Source of the DNA: Chrysomallon squamiferum
Lineage: Eukaryota > Animalia > Mollusca
Reading direction: 5' to 3'
NCBI GenBank assembly: GCA_012295275.1
Contig: CM022671.1
Span: 26,226,001 to 26,290,000, forward strand
DNA: 64,000 nucleotides
The notes under the pieces: generated by a model
What the model was told of the DNA's origin: nothing
Seen by the model: the letters and a program-made list of their open reading frames with translations, nothing else
Database searches by the model: none
Translations under genes and position numbers: made by a program
Shown: piece by piece, positions 62,794-64,000 of the stretch
Numbering within the stretch: position 1 is the first letter of the stretch
How the letters are laid out: each line of letters opens with the position of its first letter

Positions 62794-63829
62794 CTCTATG
62801 TATACTATGAGTACATACATAAAACTGACTGAATATTTCAGTTTAATATAATACTTTCACTGATCTCGTTTTGATACAAAGATCGTTGCAAAATCAGATA
62901 TTTAAAAAAAAAAAAATTGATGTTTGTCATGTTCTTAACAAAAGTCGTTTTATTATTATTATTTTATTTTTGTTGTTGTTGTAAATTTTAGAAACTGAAT
63001 GATTCATTTTATTTATGAAACAAAACTGATTCATATTCCTTAATTTTTTAAATCATATTAGTAACAAGTCATATCAAATTTACAAATCTAAATTTAAATA
63101 TAATGAAATCATATGTTACTTGTTTGTTTTTTAAATTTACTTATGAACTTTAAATCAATAATTTCATAATGATAGAGCCATCGAAAGATATTGTTGAATA
63201 ATGCAACAACCTACTATTAAACAGAAAACATCATTTTTTCTTTGATTAGATGTTAACATAAAATGTCAAATATTAGAAGATTTATAAGCCAAAATGAAGA
63301 AGCTAAACTAGTAAGAACAACATCAGCAGCTGTGATGTCTTCATGATGACATATGCACCAACAACATCGTGTAAATTGATGCCAGAGTGCTTAGATGGCC
63401 ATGTGCTACTGTTTTTCACGGTGGGCATTGATTTAACAGAATTAGAGATGCTGTTCCTTGTGTTGGATCTTGCACAATGGTGAAAAACAGAAGTAATCCA
63501 AAGTGAAGCAATTCCAGTTGTTTTGTGTGAATTATAAAATTCAAAAAACAAAGTTTGATTTAATACTTGACAGCTTATAAGAGCAAAATAAAAAATAAAA
63601 AATAAAAATTGTATATGTGGTCTGTATCTTTGAATCAAAACTCATCCATAAATGTAATAATGATACAAAGTAAGGAAAAAAAACCCCAACAAAACCCAGT
63701 TAAATTAATTCTGATGGAATTATTGATTTAAGACCATTGTTTTAAAAAAAGGAAAAGAAAGTGTCTGTCTATTACTTAGTTTTAATTTCGTTGGTATTTC
63801 TTTCAGTAACAGAGGGTTCTGTGTATGTA

Positions 63830-63868
<39 letters not shown>

Positions 63869-64000
63869 GTGTGTGTGTGTATGTATGTGTCTCTCTCTTT
63901 ATCCATCCATCCATCCATCCATCTATCTATCTATTGAGAGAGAGAGATGGAGAAAGACATATATATATATATATATTAGTTTTTTTAATTTAATTCCTGA

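Noticed and set aside
63303-63638. 111-aa minus-strand ORF
   Set aside because: It has no ATG start, no recognisable homology and no clear splice signals. It could be FaNaC upstream non-coding sequence.

Overview
AT-rich, microsatellite-rich animal genomic DNA with spliceosomal introns, most likely from a mollusc or other lophotrochozoan given the FaNaC gene. From left to right: (1) a small cluster of divergent clockwork orange (cwo)-like bHLH-Orange genes, comprising a deleted partial copy (1.5-2.1 kb, -), a paralog lacking the Orange exon and carrying a frameshift (3756-7212, +) and an intact six-exon paralog (16446-11825, -). The two full-length paralogs share a 21-bp promoter element associated with RFX X-box motifs. 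(2) Several MITE and Tigger/pogo-like remnants and local duplications. (3) A ~22.5-kb tandem array of nine ~2.5-kb units with a four-unit higher-order period, each unit carrying the splice acceptor, terminal exon and 3' flank of EFCAB10. (4) EFCAB10 (-) head-to-head with INTS13/asunder (+). (5) A nearly intronless FMRFamide-gated Na+ channel (FaNaC) gene, antisense and apparently nested in a >15-kb INTS13 intron that also holds a foldback element and minisatellites. All homology calls come from recognising motifs by eye; no database searches were run.
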